Below, piece after piece: positions 63,586-64,000 of a DNA stretch of 64,000 nucleotides (position 1 is the stretch's first letter; each line of letters opens with the position of its first letter). A program made the translations under genes and the position numbers. The notes under the pieces are model-generated. The model saw only the letters and a list, made by a program, of their open reading frames with translations. It did not search any database and was not told where the DNA came from. Origin of the DNA: an uncultured Bacteroidota bacterium (GTDB lineage: Bacteria > Bacteroidota > Ignavibacteria > UBA10030 > UBA6906); contig CAWEKI010000010.1 of assembly GCA_963809695.1 (NCBI GenBank), positions 606,225 to 670,224 on the forward strand. The letters are read 5' to 3'.

Positions 63586-64000
63586 ATGATGAAAGGGACA
63601 CCAATGAACGCACTGGAGACCATAGCCACGAGCGGCAAGTCCGGAACCGTTGCCGCCCGCCCACGCTGGACAGCCGCCCACACCATTCTCCTCGCCTGTT
63701 TTTCCCTTATTGTGATAAGCACCGTGCCATTACTCGGACAGACTGATTCTCTGGTGTTCAAAAACGGGGATGTGATGGTTGGAGAGTTGAAGTCGATGGA
63801 CCGGGGCGTCGCAGTCATAGGCACAAAGTACAGTGACACCGATTTCAAAATCACCTGGCTCGAAGTCCGTCGAGTCTATGCCAAGAAATTCTTCGTTGTT
63901 ACAACATCGGACGACCGCCAGTATTTCGGCAGCCTCCACTCCATAAGTGATGGCAAGGTGAGCGTACGGACTGCAGCCGGTGATACCGCCGAATCCACGC
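63586..64000 (+). CDS. Hypothetical membrane-anchored or secreted protein, 3'-truncated by the window edge (not in the ORF track)
   Basis: My translation from the ATG at 63586 (or 63604) is MMKGTPMNALETIATSGKSGTVAARPRWTAAHTILLACFSLIVISTVPLLGQTDSLVFKNGDVMVGELKSMDRG.... The frame stays open to nt 64000. It opposes the implausible minus-strand ORFs listed there. Confidence 0.5.
   Translation, partial: MMKGTPMNALETIATSGKSGTVAARPRWTAAHTILLACFSLIVISTVPLLGQTDSLVFKNGDVMVGELKSMDRGVAVIGTKYSDTDFKITWLEVRRVYAKKFFVVTTSDDRQYFGSLHSISDGKVSVRTAAGDTAEST

Noticed and set aside
63540-63939. Minus-strand ORFs 63540..63854 and 63730..63939 at the window end.
   Set aside because: The plus strand carries a more convincing open frame from 63586 to the window edge. 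That frame has a TM/signal segment and ordinary composition.
1-64000. Search for tRNA, rRNA, CRISPR arrays, transposases, integrases and prophage genes.
   Set aside because: By-eye scanning found no GGTTCGAxTCC-type T-arms in a cloverleaf context, no rRNA-like stretches and no regularly spaced direct repeats with unique spacers. No DDE, tyrosine-recombinase or serine-recombinase-like ORFs were seen. A computational scan (tRNAscan-SE, Infernal, ISEScan) would be needed to be certain.

Overview
This 64-kb window looks like a chromosomal segment of a Gram-negative bacterium that has a type IX secretion system (T9SS). Two Por-type C-terminal sorting domains plus one relic point to an Ignavibacteriota/Bacteroidota-like FCB-group organism, and many genes have clear Shine-Dalgarno sites. 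I support about 45 protein-coding genes. I found no rRNA, tRNA, CRISPR array, transposase or integrase. Recognisable content, in order: a PhyH-family oxygenase and a methyltransferase; YidB, OmpA/TSP3 and LysM envelope proteins; a trehalose module (OtsA-OtsB fusion, TreT and a coupled unknown gene); a di-haem cytochrome c peroxidase operon whose second gene is a fused mono-haem cytochrome/beta-barrel (Cyc2-like); a large M28 peptidase; a PP-loop amidotransferase; an AT-richer block of secreted unknowns ending in a GH13 enzyme; a PLD-like protein; a B12-binding radical SAM enzyme preceded by a small Trp-rich ORF; a PAP2/haloperoxidase-LamG-LamG T9SS cargo protein next to a sigma-54 activator; a Ser/Thr kinase with TPR repeats; and DinB. 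The stand-out is a tightly packed five-gene minus-strand operon at 35618-52178. It encodes proteins of 1807, 582, 892, 1116 and 1044 aa, 5,441 aa in total. I can assign only one enzymatic domain in it, a PhoD-like metallophosphatase, and I cannot match it to any named secretion, toxin or defence system. Other items worth follow-up are a roughly 250-nt multi-helix RNA-like element (20141-20390), a family of AGTGCC...GGCACT palindromes at two intergenic loci, and several gene relics. All family calls rest on motifs read by eye and on memory of family signatures. No database search was run.
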